In this document: positions 11,227 through 23,182 of the stretch, one piece after another
Layout of the letters: the number at the start of each line of letters is the position of its first letter
Numbering within the stretch: position 1 is the stretch's first letter
The notes under the pieces: model-generated
What the model saw: only the letters and a program-made list of their open reading frames with translations
Databases searched by the model: none
What the model was told of the DNA's origin: nothing
Program-made: the position numbers and the translations under genes
Source of the DNA: Octopus bimaculoides
Lineage: Eukaryota
Assembly (NCBI RefSeq): GCF_001194135.2
Contig: NC_068981.1
Span: 139,738,967-139,771,909, forward strand
Direction of reading: 5' to 3'
DNA: 32,943 nt

Positions 11227-11498
11227 NNNNNNNNNNNNNNNNNNNNNNNNNNNNNNNNNNNNNNNNNNNNNNNNNNNNNNNNNNNNNNNNNNNNNNNNNN
11301 NNNNNNNNNNNNNNNNNNNNNNNNNNNNNNNNNNNNNNNNNNNNNNNNNNNNNNNNNNNNNNNNNNNNNNNNNNNNNNNNNNNNNNNNNNNNNNNNNNNN
11401 NNNNNNNNNNNNNNNNNNNNNNNNNNNNNNNNNNNNNNNNNNNNNNNNNNNNNNNNNNNNNNNNNNNNNNNNNNNNNNNNNNNNNNNNNNNNNNNNGT

Positions 11499-11536
<38 letters not shown>

Positions 11537-11572
11537 GAGAGAGGGAGAGAGAGACAGAGAGAGAGAGAGAGG

Positions 11573-11613
<41 letters not shown>
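11143..11613. repeat. (GA)n microsatellite spanning an assembly gap
   Basis: GA runs on both sides of the N block at 11227-11496. Confidence 0.95.
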
Positions 11614-11617
<4 letters not shown>

Positions 11618-12364
11618 GGCAAGTCTTTCACGGAGGATAATTGAACAATGAAAAATTAATGTAAAGAATGAATTGGAAAAGACTAAAAACCAACATTTAC
11701 ATATATGTATGTATGTTTGTGTGTATATACATATACATTTACGTATATTTACACATTCATACATATGCGCACTCACACATATACATGAACAAACACACGG
11801 CACACACTTATACACTGAAAACAAGATAAAATAATTGTATTTTTTAATCGTTTAGTTAGATTCGATAGCCTTAATTGATGACCAAATACATTACATAAAT
11901 AATGACGCGCGCAAAAGGGCTAAACTCTGATAGCTTATTAATTATTCTGTTTTTTTTAATTAGCATTGCTTTTCTACGTTATTTTAAGTACTTTTATAGA
12001 TTAGCATTGCGACAATTTCACTATTGTACTTTTCTTTCTTAACCAAAAAAACCCAACCAAACAAATAAAATGAGACGAAGGTAGCGTTTTATTTTTCTAA
12101 TTTATAACGATTTAGAAAATCTAATCAAAGTGCAATTAATCTATTCAATGGTTAATTTTTTTATATAGAAAACAAAATCTAAGAAAATTTGAGAGTTAAA
12201 AGAAATTATTATATGGATATAAAGCACACTTTATCTTAGATAGTCACATTGAGCCAAAGTGTTCTACAGAAGATATAATATTCTACCCCTAAAGTGCACA
12301 AATAACTTTGTGTGCATGTGTGTGTATGAGTATATGCTTGTGTGTTGTGGATTATAATATCTTT

Positions 12365-12545
12365 GTGTGCAAACTCTCTCTTTTACTCTCTCTTTTACTT
12401 GTTTCAGTCATTTGACTGCGGCCATGCTGGAGCACCGCTTTTAGTCGAGCAAATCGACCGCAGGACTTATTCTGTGGAAGCCTAATACTTATTCTATCGG
12501 TCTCTTTTTGCCGAACCGCTAAGTTACGAGGACGTGAACACACGT
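12365..12545 (-). mobile_element. SINE family B 3' half
   Basis: CTTGTTTCAGTCATTTGACTGCGGCCATGCTGGAGCACCGC..GCCGAACCGCTAAGTTACG; reverse complement of the tail at 18500-18640. Further tail fragments at about 12635-12685, 16545-16720 and 28935-28987. Confidence 0.85.
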
Positions 12546-12724
12546 GTGTGTATTTATAATATATTTGTGTGCATATGCTTGTATGTGTGCGTGTCTGTGT
12601 GTTTACAATATATTATATATTGTGTATTCTTTAGATCTTTTAATTCATTTCAACTGTTGGACTGCGACCATACTGGTGCACCTCCTTTAATAGTATTAGT
12701 TGATGATAAAACAGTGTAAAAATC

Positions 12725-13154
12725 AACGATGCATACGTAGGAATACATTCAAATATGAATTAAAAGTAGTGCGAATGTTGTCAACATTATGGAATACAGA
12801 TACATAATGTATGTGCTTTGCTTGTTCTCCAGTCAGCTGCGAATTCACGCAGTGGAGATGACTCTCTCAAAGCGTTGGTTGTTAAAACACCTTGAGGCAC
12901 TTGATGTTGGTAAGCCACAGAAATGGCACATCGTTCCCCACTGTGACTTTGGCTGAGTTGTCTCTCTTGTTTATGACTATAACTTTCAGGTGTTTTAACA
13001 CCTGGCACTTTGAGAGAGTCATCTCCACCGCGTGACATCACAGCCGACCGGCGAACACACAAAGCGGATGCAAGTGCATGTGTGTTCGATAATTCTTACA
13101 ACATTCGGACTGCTTCTAATTCATATTTGAATTTATTTCTGCGTGTGCACCGTT
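12725..13154. mobile_element. Foldback/MITE-like element with about 168-bp imperfect inverted arms and a 95-bp spacer
   Basis: 12725-12781 matches revcomp 13098-13154 at 49/57; 12846-12892 matches revcomp 12988-13034 at 41/47; the intervening parts also pair. Confidence 0.8.
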
Positions 13155-13252
13155 AGGGTTTACCAGCAGATGGTTTTTACACAATTTTAAATATAATCAT
13201 GGAACGGCTATTCAATTTGCCTCCGGTTTGGTACATGTACGTGGTGCTGATA

Positions 13253-13432
13253 CGCCACACAAATGACCCATCGCTCCTGAATGGGACTTGAGTCGAGTTG
13301 TCTCGACTCTTTACGACTATAACTTGCGGGCGTTTTAGCACTCGGCGCTTTGAGAGAGTCATCTATACCGCGTCGAATCGCAGCCTATCGACGGACAAGG
13401 AGGGCTCTTACATTGTGGTTGCATGTTCGATA
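13253..13432. repeat. Diverged partial second copy of the foldback spacer plus right arm
   Basis: GCCACACAAATG..GAGTTGTCTC..GACTATAACTT..CTTTGAGAGAGTCATCT..ACCGCGT..TGTTCGATAAT is collinear with 12912-13093. Confidence 0.75.
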
Positions 13433-13599
13433 ATATATATATATATATATATATACACTACAGATTTCCATTCATTTTCCGTCTACCAAATTCACTCAAA
13501 AGACATTGGTACACCCAGTGTTATTGTTGACGACACTCGCCAAAGGTGGTGCTGTACAGTAAAGCTAAAACCAAACACACATAACTGCAAAGCTAGGCT

Positions 13600-15300
13600 G
13601 TTCATCATATAACCACGTCTTTGCTGCTATTCACCAAAAATCGAAAACATTTATCAATAAAACTTAAATAATTACGAAAACATTTGAAATCGACACTGAT
13701 GGCTCAGACGATTGAGTGGATGTCGTAAAAATGGTAATTGTAGAATTACAAGATATTTGGTTTCTATTTAGAGCTAGCGATATTGCCGTTAGAAGTGTTT
13801 TTTACAACTTCCAAACAACACGGCTGATTTTGAGATCTGAGATCTGAGATAATGACATAATGGAGTCACTCTAGGATGGAAACAAAAACTTATGTAAATC
13901 TGTTATTACTGTGTGTCATCTTCAAGAATATCATACCTCGTACTACAATACATCAATAATATCTTTGCCAGATATGAGCCGGTGGTTATATATTTAAACT
14001 GAAAATTGTATGTGCCGAACAAAACAACATATCATTCTTAATTATTCCTCTACTTTCGTGACTGATTCTAAATGAGATCACGTGTTGATCAGAGTGTGAT
14101 GTGATATAGTCTCGAAATAAATAGCTTACCTTTTTCTTTACATTTACTCTGATTGTCGCATTTCATTTTGAATTTATGATGAATTTTTTTCAGGGTAAGA
14201 AAGATGTCACAGGAAGAAGCTGATAGGTTTATTACATAGAGAAGGGACACCATGGCTGTAGTTCAGGAAGTAGCACTTCCAAGATGAAATAAACAGCAGG
14301 TAAGATAGATAACAGAATCTAGGTGTCATTCTTCGAAAGCAAAAACTAAAAAAACTGTTAGGCTTTGAATTAGTTCCGAGAAAAAAAGGATACCCATTTA
14401 AATTATCAATATAGCTTGTAGCAGTTGTAGCTGTCTTGCAATTTTAGGCGTTGAGAAATCAAAGAAAGATTGCATGCTTTCGAGGTTAGGTTGCAGATAA
14501 TTGTTTTCGATTTTGTATCCTAGGTAACCAATGCATATTTGGCGTAGAAAGCAATTGCCATTGTTCATTGTAGTGCTGGGATTCATTGTAACTTAAATTA
14601 ATTGAACCACGTTCCCATCATGCTTTTCTACATTTTTGCCAATGGAAATAACATCGTCAAGGTTGGCGTAATGTCCTTTGATATCTTTATCAATAATTAT
14701 ACCATCGATCACTCATTGAAAGGCACTTATGGCATTAGATACACAGAGTGTAACCTTGTAAACTGAAATAAACATCTATCAGCGAGAAATCCTGTGTATC
14801 TATAGAGTATCATCACTTTGGTGTGGGTTCTGATGCTTTCAGATCCCGTTGGTTATAGAATTTATCGTATAAAATAAAACGCATGAGGGCTTCAATATTA
14901 GGAAGAGAAGAGATATGTTGAATGTAGTAGCGTTTGTGAATAACCGAGAAGAAAAGCGTTATTTTTCACTGTTTCATACTACTACCACATTTCTCAAATG
15001 GAGAGCCTGCAAGCTCAAGAATGCTATCACCAAGAATCCGTTTACTTTGTTACTAAAGATTTCATCAGGTGAGGGAAAATTAGAAATTTTGCAGCATCAA
15101 ATCATTGGAAAAAGTATGAAACTGGTTTACTGATTATAGGGACTAGGCAAGAAACAATAATATTTTGGAATGGTCCTTCGTGTTTCATTCAATATTACAG
15201 TGTCATGTCGTTTAAGATCGTCATTTCCCAGAATTACAGAGATACGCAAGTTAACCAAAAGCGTTAAGCAGTTAAAAAAGCCTTTTCACCAAAAGTATTA
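13600..15300 (-). mobile_element. Decayed Ty3/Gypsy LTR retrotransposon pol (protease end, RT, RNase H, integrase N-terminus)
   Basis: Minus-strand fragments in Gypsy order: VILGNDDLKRH (about 15234-15204, PR); LPNIEALM..DLKA; LFQFTRL..VSNAISAFQ; YANLDDVI (14670-14647, decayed YxDD); CFLRQICIGYLGYKI; HSDQ..RGIIKND (about 14040, RNase H); HPRVTPLCHYLRS (about 13870) and VDFK..YLSFIDK (integrase). Many stops and frameshifts; no LTR identified. Confidence 0.85.
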
Positions 15301-15599
15301 ATTGAAATTCATAATTTCTCTGAATATCATCATTAATGAAACTAGCAGCACTATCAAATATTTAAGAATGATTAACCATATATATACGCTTTTAGTAGCT
15401 CTTGTATGTGAGCATATAGAAGGTTTTAAAGTCTATTTCTCTGATTTGCCCTTGTTATAGCGAATATGTGGATATGTATTGGTCAATATGCTCCTGAAAT
15501 ACGTTCAAGCATTTTGCAACTGGGTAAAAAGGGGCAGGTCATGGTAGGGGACAAGCTGAAGATATAACATTTTCGTCTATTTGTTCAACTTAGAAGTAC

Positions 15600-15960
15600 T
15601 ATAATCATTACTCAAGAAGCTGGGTTCTACCTTTGTTGCAACTCCAAAGATAATTGCGAGACAAAATGGTAAAATTCAATACTTCTCTATGTAGACCTCA
15701 GAGAAACTTATTCTGTGATTGCTTGATTCAAAGAATAATCAACTAGAAATCTTTATTACAGACATCATAAACTGCAGCTTGAAATTTACAGTGAACGACG
15801 AACTGTAACGTAATATCTTAGGTCTTTAACAAGTTGTTGATTTTGTCTCTGCAACTGAAATCCTGCAGTGCTATATTATGCATTATGGGGATCTGAACCG
15901 GGGTGACTTTTACACTGAAGTAGTCAATGTCGTCTGCCATACAGCTAACATTTGAAATGC
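15600..15960 (+). mobile_element. Second, oppositely oriented Gypsy-like RT fragment
   Basis: Plus-strand fragments VATPKIIARQNGKI, LYVDLRE and FVSATEILQ resemble RT motifs (P.V.V.K.NG.IR.CVDLR; SAPEIFQ); no clear YxDD. Confidence 0.4.
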
Positions 15961-16909
15961 ACAATTCGTAAATAAGTTGAGTCTTTATCACTCAGTTGAG
16001 TATCACAATCCAGCAAGAATATTTATATATATAGTTATGCTAGTGTATCTATGTTATTGTAACCGGTTACATTGCATCAATATTGTACCAAACAGTAGCT
16101 CTAATTTAATTAGTTTGATTCGTTAAAAACAATTCAACTCCACTATTCGAAACACAACCATAAATTGGTGATTGTTTTCTTATTGCAGATGCCGGCTACC
16201 AAATTATATCACAGTGTACGTGGACAAGAATAAATGAAACCAGGTTTTCAGTGAAGTATACATCAAATCGATTCCGAGCATAACGATGTTCTAATTTCAA
16301 ATGTAGGCCTATATAAGTTTGGCAGCTTATACTCAATAGGCCCTCAGATGATTGCCCAGCTCGGAATTTGCTTTAGATTTTTTGCGACAAATGTAGCATA
16401 TAATTTTCCAAGAAACACTGATAAATACAATGCTCAGTGGATTCGTCTATAAAGGATTTTGAAAATTAAAATATAGTAAAAGCATTGTGAGTGAATTTGG
16501 TTGACAAAAACAGAATTTGGTAGAAAAAAAAATATTATGCGTCTGGTTCTTTGTGTTTGTCCCTCATTACCGCTTGACAACCGATGTTGCTTTCTTTACC
16601 TCCCATAATTTAAAGGTCTAGCAAGAGAGAGCGGTACTAGGTTAAAAAAAGAAGTAATGGGTTCCATTTATTCGACTCAAACCCTGCAGGGTAATGCTCA
16701 CCCATGGCCGCAAACAAGTCAAAGATATACCGATATAGATACATACACATACATATGTACTTACATATAATGCTCAAACATGTTCTAATATATCATCGCA
16801 TACATGAGTTATTATTCTCTAGACTTTCTAGATTTCGACTTTCGATAAAAAAAAAACAGGAACATATATTACAGCTGCGTTCAATCTGTTAAGTATTTAG
16901 AATTGGAAG

Positions 16910-17112
16910 GACTTATACATACATACATACATACATACATACACACACATACATACTTCTGTGTGTGTATATCTATACATATGTATGTGTGTGCGCGTAT
17001 AGACTCCGCCATGTATGTATGTGTGCGTGTGTGCGTATAGACTCCGCCATGTATGTATGTGTGTGTGTGCGCGTATAGACTCAACCATGTATGTATGTGT
17101 GTGTGTGTGTGT
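16910..17112. repeat. (TACA)n/(TG)n microsatellite containing a 38-bp minisatellite x3
   Basis: CGTATAGACTC(CG/AA)CCATGTATGTATGTGTG starts at 16996, 17034 and 17072. Confidence 0.9.
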
Positions 17113-17525
17113 GGTTTCATTTCTGAATATTTAACACAACAAATTTGTAACGAAATACATATGCAACATGCTAAAATCTTGCATTATATTTATCTGAAAT
17201 GGGAAACCAGAAGTCAACACAATAGTAATCCATGTATGACATGAAAATTAATAACTTTTTTCAGATTGTGGTAATATGACTTCTTCGTATCAGATGACAA
17301 AGAAGCCAGATGGCTTCCCGGCCTTCTGATTCCTAGAAGTCATATTACCACAATGTAAAATTATCTTTTAACATCAATTAATGACTATGTCTTTTTACTT
17401 ATATTTGAGTCTTCTCTGTGAATTGGTCATGCAAAATTTGTGTACAAATTTAAAACTACGCACACACATAACCCAACATACACACACACGTACATACATG
17501 TGTGCATACATACACAACGGACATT

Positions 17526-17667
17526 TTTCAGTTTCCGTCTGTCAAACCACTTACAAGGCTTTGGCCGGCCAGGGCTATAGTAGGAGGAACTTGCCTACGG
17601 TGCCACGCAGTGGGACTGAACTCGGGACCAAGTGGTTGGGAAGTAAGCTTCTTACCAGACAGCTACG
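17526..17667 (-). mobile_element. SINE family B 5' half (tRNA head plus CORE-like segment)
   Basis: Reverse complement of the head at 21980-22133. Confidence 0.85.
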
Positions 17668-18288
17668 AATATTGATAGAAGATGGACCTTATCCTGATGT
17701 AAGATTATATTTAATATTATTTTAACATGATCTGTGTAAAAATATTATATTGTGCTTTTCAAGGCTCGTCTCCGAGTATCGGCTACCAAATGCAGTGGTA
17801 CTTCTTCGGATACCCTGATATACATGTAGAAATCCAGAAAAAATTACTTATCTCCACAGTAACAGTCGTATTGTATAATTGCCTTTGGCAGACAATAACG
17901 AGGGGGATCTTTGAAAAGCACACTATAAGGTTTTTAACCAGATTACACAGACAAACGCGCACACACAGACATACACACACATACACACCCGCATATATAT
18001 ATGTGTGTGTGTGTGTGTAAAATAAAAGCAAAATTCAGTTGAATTAGGTACTTAAGTTCAGGCACCTCGTTAGGTCGGAATGATATACACACACATTATT
18101 ATGTACATATAAATATTGGTTCGGAAGTCCCGGCAAAATTTTATTGCCGTTGTGCATGCAGACAATTTGACCCAGCTGAGTATATAATCCGCTCTTGAGC
18201 AGTTCAGACATGTACATTTTATTAAATAGACAGTCCATAAAATACTTCAGAATTAGCGAAGAGCATGTTCCGACATAGGTGAATAAAA

Positions 18289-18640
18289 GTAGGAGTGGTT
18301 CAGTGGTAATAAGCTTGCTTCCCAACCACATGGTTCCGGGCTCAGTCCGACTGCGTGGCATCTTCAGCCGGTGTTTTTTTTTACTATAGCCTCGGGCCGA
18401 CCATAGCCTTGTGAGTGGATTTGGTAGACGGAAACTGAAAGAAGCCCTTCGTATTTATATATGTACATATATTTATATGTGTGTGTCTGTGTCCGTCCTC
18501 CCATCACCACTTGACAACCGGTGTTGGTGCATTTACGTCCCCGTAATCTAGCGGTTCTGCATAAAAATCGATAGAATAAATACTAGGCTTAAAATATAAG
18601 TACTGAGGTCGATTCATTTTCCTAAAAACTCAAGGCTGAA
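18289..18640 (+). mobile_element. SINE family B, near full length (head, TA/TG spacer, tail); CORE-SINE-like, possibly octopus OR2-type
   Basis: GTGGTAATAAGCTTGCTTCCCAACCACATGGTTCCGGGCTCAGTCC head; CTATAGCCTCGGGCCGACC; tail GACAACCGGTGTTGGTGCATTTACGTCCCCGTAA. The copy at 21980 carries CCTTGGGCAAGTG, the CORE hallmark. Family name from memory. Confidence 0.8.
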
Positions 18641-18654
18641 AAAGGTAAAAGATA

Positions 18655-18699
18655 AAATATAAAATATTTATCTATCTATCTATATATATATCTATCTAC

Positions 18700-18734
<35 letters not shown>

Positions 18735-18800
18735 TTTTTCTTTCTTACTTTGTTTGTTTATTTGTTTGTTTGTTTGTTTGTTTGTTTGTTTCTTTCTTTC
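18655..18800. repeat. Compound (TATC)n/(TTTC)n/(TTTG)n microsatellite
   Basis: Directly visible. Confidence 0.93.
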
Positions 18801-18824
18801 TTTCGCTCTAAGACCGTCTTATAT

Positions 18825-19015
18825 ACTGTATAGAGCGTCGGGATCACAAACACAAGGTAGTGATTTCGATTCCCGGAGCGGGCTGTGTCTTGTGCTCTTG
18901 AGCAAGAATCTGTATTTCACGTTGCACCAGTTCACTCACCTGTAGAAATGAGTTGCGATGTCACTGGTGCCAAGCTGTATCGGGTTTTGCCTTTCCTTTG
19001 GATAACATCGGCGAT
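18825..19015 (+). mobile_element. tRNA-derived SINE (family D), decayed head
   Basis: B-box-like GATTTCGATTCCCGG followed by TTGAGCAAG..TTTCACGTTGCACCAGTTCACTCACCTGTAGAAATGAG. Confidence 0.6.
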
Positions 19016-19371
19016 CTTCAACAATCAAACTTGCTCGGATTTTGACTAAACAGGGAAGTTTCTATGTGCAATCTCATGTTCATTCATGATCGAAGGAAGT
19101 CTTTACNNNNNNNNNNNNNNNNNNNNNNNNNNNNNNNNNNNNNNNNNNNNNNNNNNNNNNNNNNNNNNNNNNNNNNNNNNNNNNNNNNNNNNNNNNNNNN
19201 NNNNNNNNNNNNNNNNNNNNNNNNNNNNNNNNNNNNNNNNNNNNNNNNNNNNNNNNNNNNNNNNNNNNNNNNNNNNNNNNNNNNNNNNNNNNNNNNNNNN
19301 NNNNNNNNNNNNNNNNNNNNNNNNNNNNNNNNNNNNNNNNNNNNNNNNNNNNNNNNNNNNNNNNNNNNNNN

Positions 19372-19413
<42 letters not shown>

Positions 19414-20336
19414 TCTAGTTATATATATATGTGTGTATGTGAGTTAAGAGGTGTTGTTGTAGGTACAAGTGCATGTTTAAGATCAATCCAGTCACACACG
19501 CACACACACGCACACATATCTGTGTGTATGTTTGCGTGTGAATATGTGCATAATGCAAATTCTATTTCACGCATTTATTGTCTGCTTGCATAAATGCAGA
19601 GCAACACATCATTCAAACATGCATAGCGGGACTTGTGGATTTTACTTTAGATTTTTAACGATTTGACCGACGGAGAAAATATATTAGAGTATTTATTATT
19701 ATCTATCTATCATTTTCCCTTCTGTGTTGTAATCCATCTGAAGTCCGATTTTTTATTTTATGCAAAAAAAAAAAAAAAAAAGAAAAGGAAAAGATATCTA
19801 TATTCCTTGGAAATTTGTAATGGCCTGCGTTGCCAATAAATAAAGCAATACATAATGAAAGAAACAACGAAAGAAATAAATAAAGAAAGAAAGGAAGAAA
19901 TAGGGGGAATATAAGAAAAGAAGCGTATTAAAAAATCACTAAGATCCTGTGCCATTGGGCTAGATGATTTTTTGATATTTCTGACGTTTGATGTGAAGTC
20001 AATGGATATATCTGATATTTCTTTTGAATCGCTGAATAAGAGCGCCATAGCACGCAAAACCTATCTCACATTACTTTTTTTATGCCCAAAGGTGTTTCTT
20101 TTCTTCTTCTTTTACTGATTTCAGTAATTGGACAACTGCCATGCTACTCCTTCAAAGATTTCTAGTCAATTATATCGACCCCAGAACTTATTTCAATCTC
20201 GTACTCACTGTTTCTAACTTTAGTTAGATAATAACTACTACGTAAATTTACAAGGGACCGTTAAAGAGAGCTAGCTCGACGCATTACCTTTTTCTTGGCA
20301 TGCCATATATAATACACACACACACACACTACACAT

Positions 20337-20369
<33 letters not shown>

Positions 20370-21544
20370 CACATATATATACGCACACACACACTTACAT
20401 ATATATAACCAGCTAACGCAATCATAATTGAACCAGAGATAAAGCAGAAGGCACTTAAATATCATACTGTGGGATTGAACCTGATACTGCATACGTAGTT
20501 GTGAAACGATTTTTTTTTACACAGAGGCACGTGTGCCCCTATTAAGAATTTCATCTTCACTTTAACATTCTCATTAATGTTATTTAATTTGATTTCAAAT
20601 TTACATATTTTTCCTATCACGCATTTAATATATACATTTTCATTTTTTTTTTCTACCGCTGATATCATTCGTACATTTTCAACATTTTCTACCAGTGTTG
20701 TAATTTTCATATTTTCTCTTTTCCACGAGCTATTTGTTGAATTATTGACATGTAATAAACGCGTTACTTTTAAATTCTTTCTCAATATTTTTGCAAAAGC
20801 AATTAGTAAGCAACATAAATTTCACAACTCACTTTCAGCCCTGTATTGCAGAAATTTATATTAAAGTGCTCTTCTAGTGCCCTTTGGAAAGTCAGAAACA
20901 AAAGAATATCTTTTGTCATTTAAAATTTTAAAATGTTTGTGAATGTCATTAAATCCGTTTTTTTTTTTTTTTGCGAAAAACTTTGCTGAAATGTAAATTA
21001 ATCTTTAACTGAAACCTGATGTATTTAGATTATAGAGATTTTAGTATTATATTACAATCGCGTCTTATTTTACACCTGTAAAATAATCACCAAGAATATT
21101 GGTAGCAGTTAAATTAAATCTAAGTTATACATACTCTAATCTTATTTCTGCGTAAAAATGGGCCAAACATTGAAATCTCTATGATTCACGGATTGAGAAA
21201 GATCGTTGAAATACAAGATCAGTATCATTATTGTCTGAGTTTCAGGCTTCTGAGGTAAAAAACTTAAATCAGGCACGAAAAGATTAATTTAAATGTAAAA
21301 GAGAAAAGAACTATACCAAGAATTAGGTTTTCAGGTAACAGATAATATACAATCCTGGAGGAATTATAATGTTATCTTGTTTCATGAAAAGTAGAATGAG
21401 ATTTAAATAAACATGAAGCTAAAGCAAAACTAAATAGGTCTGAAATTAGCACTAAAAACAACCTAGTCTCTCAACAGTGTGTTGGTTAAACCGATTAAAC
21501 TAGACAAAGAAATAACAGGACTTGGGATTTAAAAAAAAAAAATA

Positions 21545-21568
21545 AATAAATAAATAATAATAATAATG

Positions 21569-21617
<49 letters not shown>
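21545..21617. repeat. (TAA)n microsatellite
   Basis: Directly visible. Confidence 0.95.
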
Positions 21618-21805
21618 GAATTTGTGGGCTTTAGACAATTCTGCTTGGTTAAGAATTGAAATGCAAGAATATTCCTAGATTCCAGAGATTAATTTTATTC
21701 TAAAGTTAAATTCTCTGTTGTATCGTTATAAATGTGTATCTTTATAACAAAGGGAAAAAAACATTAGAAATGTCGAATTGCAGTCAAAGAAAGTGNNNNN
21801 NNNNN

Positions 21806-21864
<59 letters not shown>

Positions 21865-21979
21865 TACATATATACATATATATATATGTCTGTGTGTGTG
21901 TGTGTGTTCGAGACAGATAGTCTATGTATATTTATATGTTTATATATGTATATATAATAACAAAATATTATAATTAGGC

Positions 21980-22133
21980 ACAGGCACGGCTGTGTGGTAA
22001 GAAGTTTGCTTCCCAACCTCATGGTTTCAAGTTCAGTCCCACTGCGGGGCACCTTGGGCAAGTGTCTTCTACTATAGCCTCGGGCCGACCAAAACCTTGT
22101 GAATGAATTTGGTAGACGGAACCTAAAAGAAGC
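21980..22133 (+). mobile_element. SINE family B 5' half
   Basis: CAGGCACGGCTGTGTGGTAAGAAG..GTTCAGTCCCACTGCGGGGCACCTTGGGCAAGTGTCTTCTACTATAGCC; ends in (TA)n. Confidence 0.88.
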
Positions 22134-22134
22134 G

Positions 22135-22169
<35 letters not shown>

Positions 22170-22172
<3 letters not shown>

Positions 22173-22980
22173 CTGTTAGACAAAATGCTATAATTTTTTA
22201 TAGTGGAGGGGAGACAACTAGTACAGGAGGTGTATATGAAAAATAATAACCTACTAAAATAATGTTAGATTTTACATCCTAGATAGCAAATAAAATAAAA
22301 TTACAAGTGGCGGTAATAATGGACAAACGAATAATGTGTACACGTTCCTAAGAAAATTCCACCTTATTGGTGCACGAGAAGGCAAAAGCACAAAACCACA
22401 AGCATTTAAGCGATTGAAATTTAAGCCCAAATCACAAGTTAATTAGTACCATGATTGTAATTCCAATTTTCCATCACAGTTTACTAAATATTATTTAATA
22501 TGTATTACATTATCCTAAAAGTTATATTGTTCATATCAATAAATATAATAATTATATTAACCTTTACGTTTTTCTAGACATGTTAGTAATTTTCCTGTCT
22601 TATTGTAGTGCCAACTTCATTTCACAATATCCTGGTTCCCTCCTTTATATAGAAATAACCCGTTAATATTTCCCTAGACCACTGCTTGATCACTCTTTTG
22701 CCTATCAATTTCGAAGCCCTCTTCCCTTTCATTATTTAATGCTTTTATATTCCCCCTGACGAAGCCCCATGTACTAGTTCAAATATCCAATGAAGATGAC
22801 GAATATTATTTCCTTAATTCTTTCGCAGGCACCGACAAACAATGGAAGAGGAAACGGCCGTAAGAATTGTTATGTCACAGAAATATTATGTCATGTTTTG
22901 TATTAAAAAATAAACTACTGATGTGGTCCAATTTGTCTGTTTGTTGACCAAAAGTTTTCTCCATTTTCTGATTTTATAAA
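22170..22980 (+). mobile_element. Decayed Penelope-like element 3' part (possible GIY-YIG remnant plus pLTR-like region)
   Basis: Begins at (TA)n; C..C..GET-like fragment (KCYNF / GGETTST) near 22175-22225; later CTGACGA (22756-22762) ... GAAACGGCCGTA (22851-22862), a hammerhead-like core typical of PLE repeats. Confidence 0.45.
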
Positions 22981-23143
22981 TTTGATTCCTGATAATAGTT
23001 TGTTTATTATGTTGTTACCTGTAACCTACGAACATAGTGTGCCTGCATACCCATGCCAAGGAAGAGCACAGGTAACTGATAGCGATAGTAAATACGGATA
23101 TTTTCATCCCTTAGTCGGTTACTATAACCGCGAACTCTTCTTA

Positions 23144-23182
<39 letters not shown>

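Noticed and set aside
16058-16071. 14-bp palindrome TGTAACCGGTTACA near the Gypsy remnants, as a possible LTR edge
   Set aside because: No matching second LTR, PBS or PPT seen; too short to interpret.
16189-16290. Acceptor-like TTTTCTTATTGCAG followed by a short open frame
   Set aside because: All frames close within about 35 codons and no known product is recognised.
17727-18020. 97-aa ORF with YPDIHVEIQKKL, faintly like the region after the cytochrome P450 I-helix
   Set aside because: Lacks the (A/G)GxxT motif and a convincing donor, ends in a microsatellite, and no other P450 exons are present.
18071-18277. TA-flanked 11-bp imperfect inverted repeat (TAGGTCGGAAT / GTTCCGACATA) as a MITE
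   Set aside because: A 9/11 match is too short to support without other copies.
20462-20864. Overlapping 107-aa (-) and 95-aa (+) ORFs with an upstream acceptor at 20524
   Set aside because: Composition-driven (T-rich on plus, A-rich on minus); no domain recognised.
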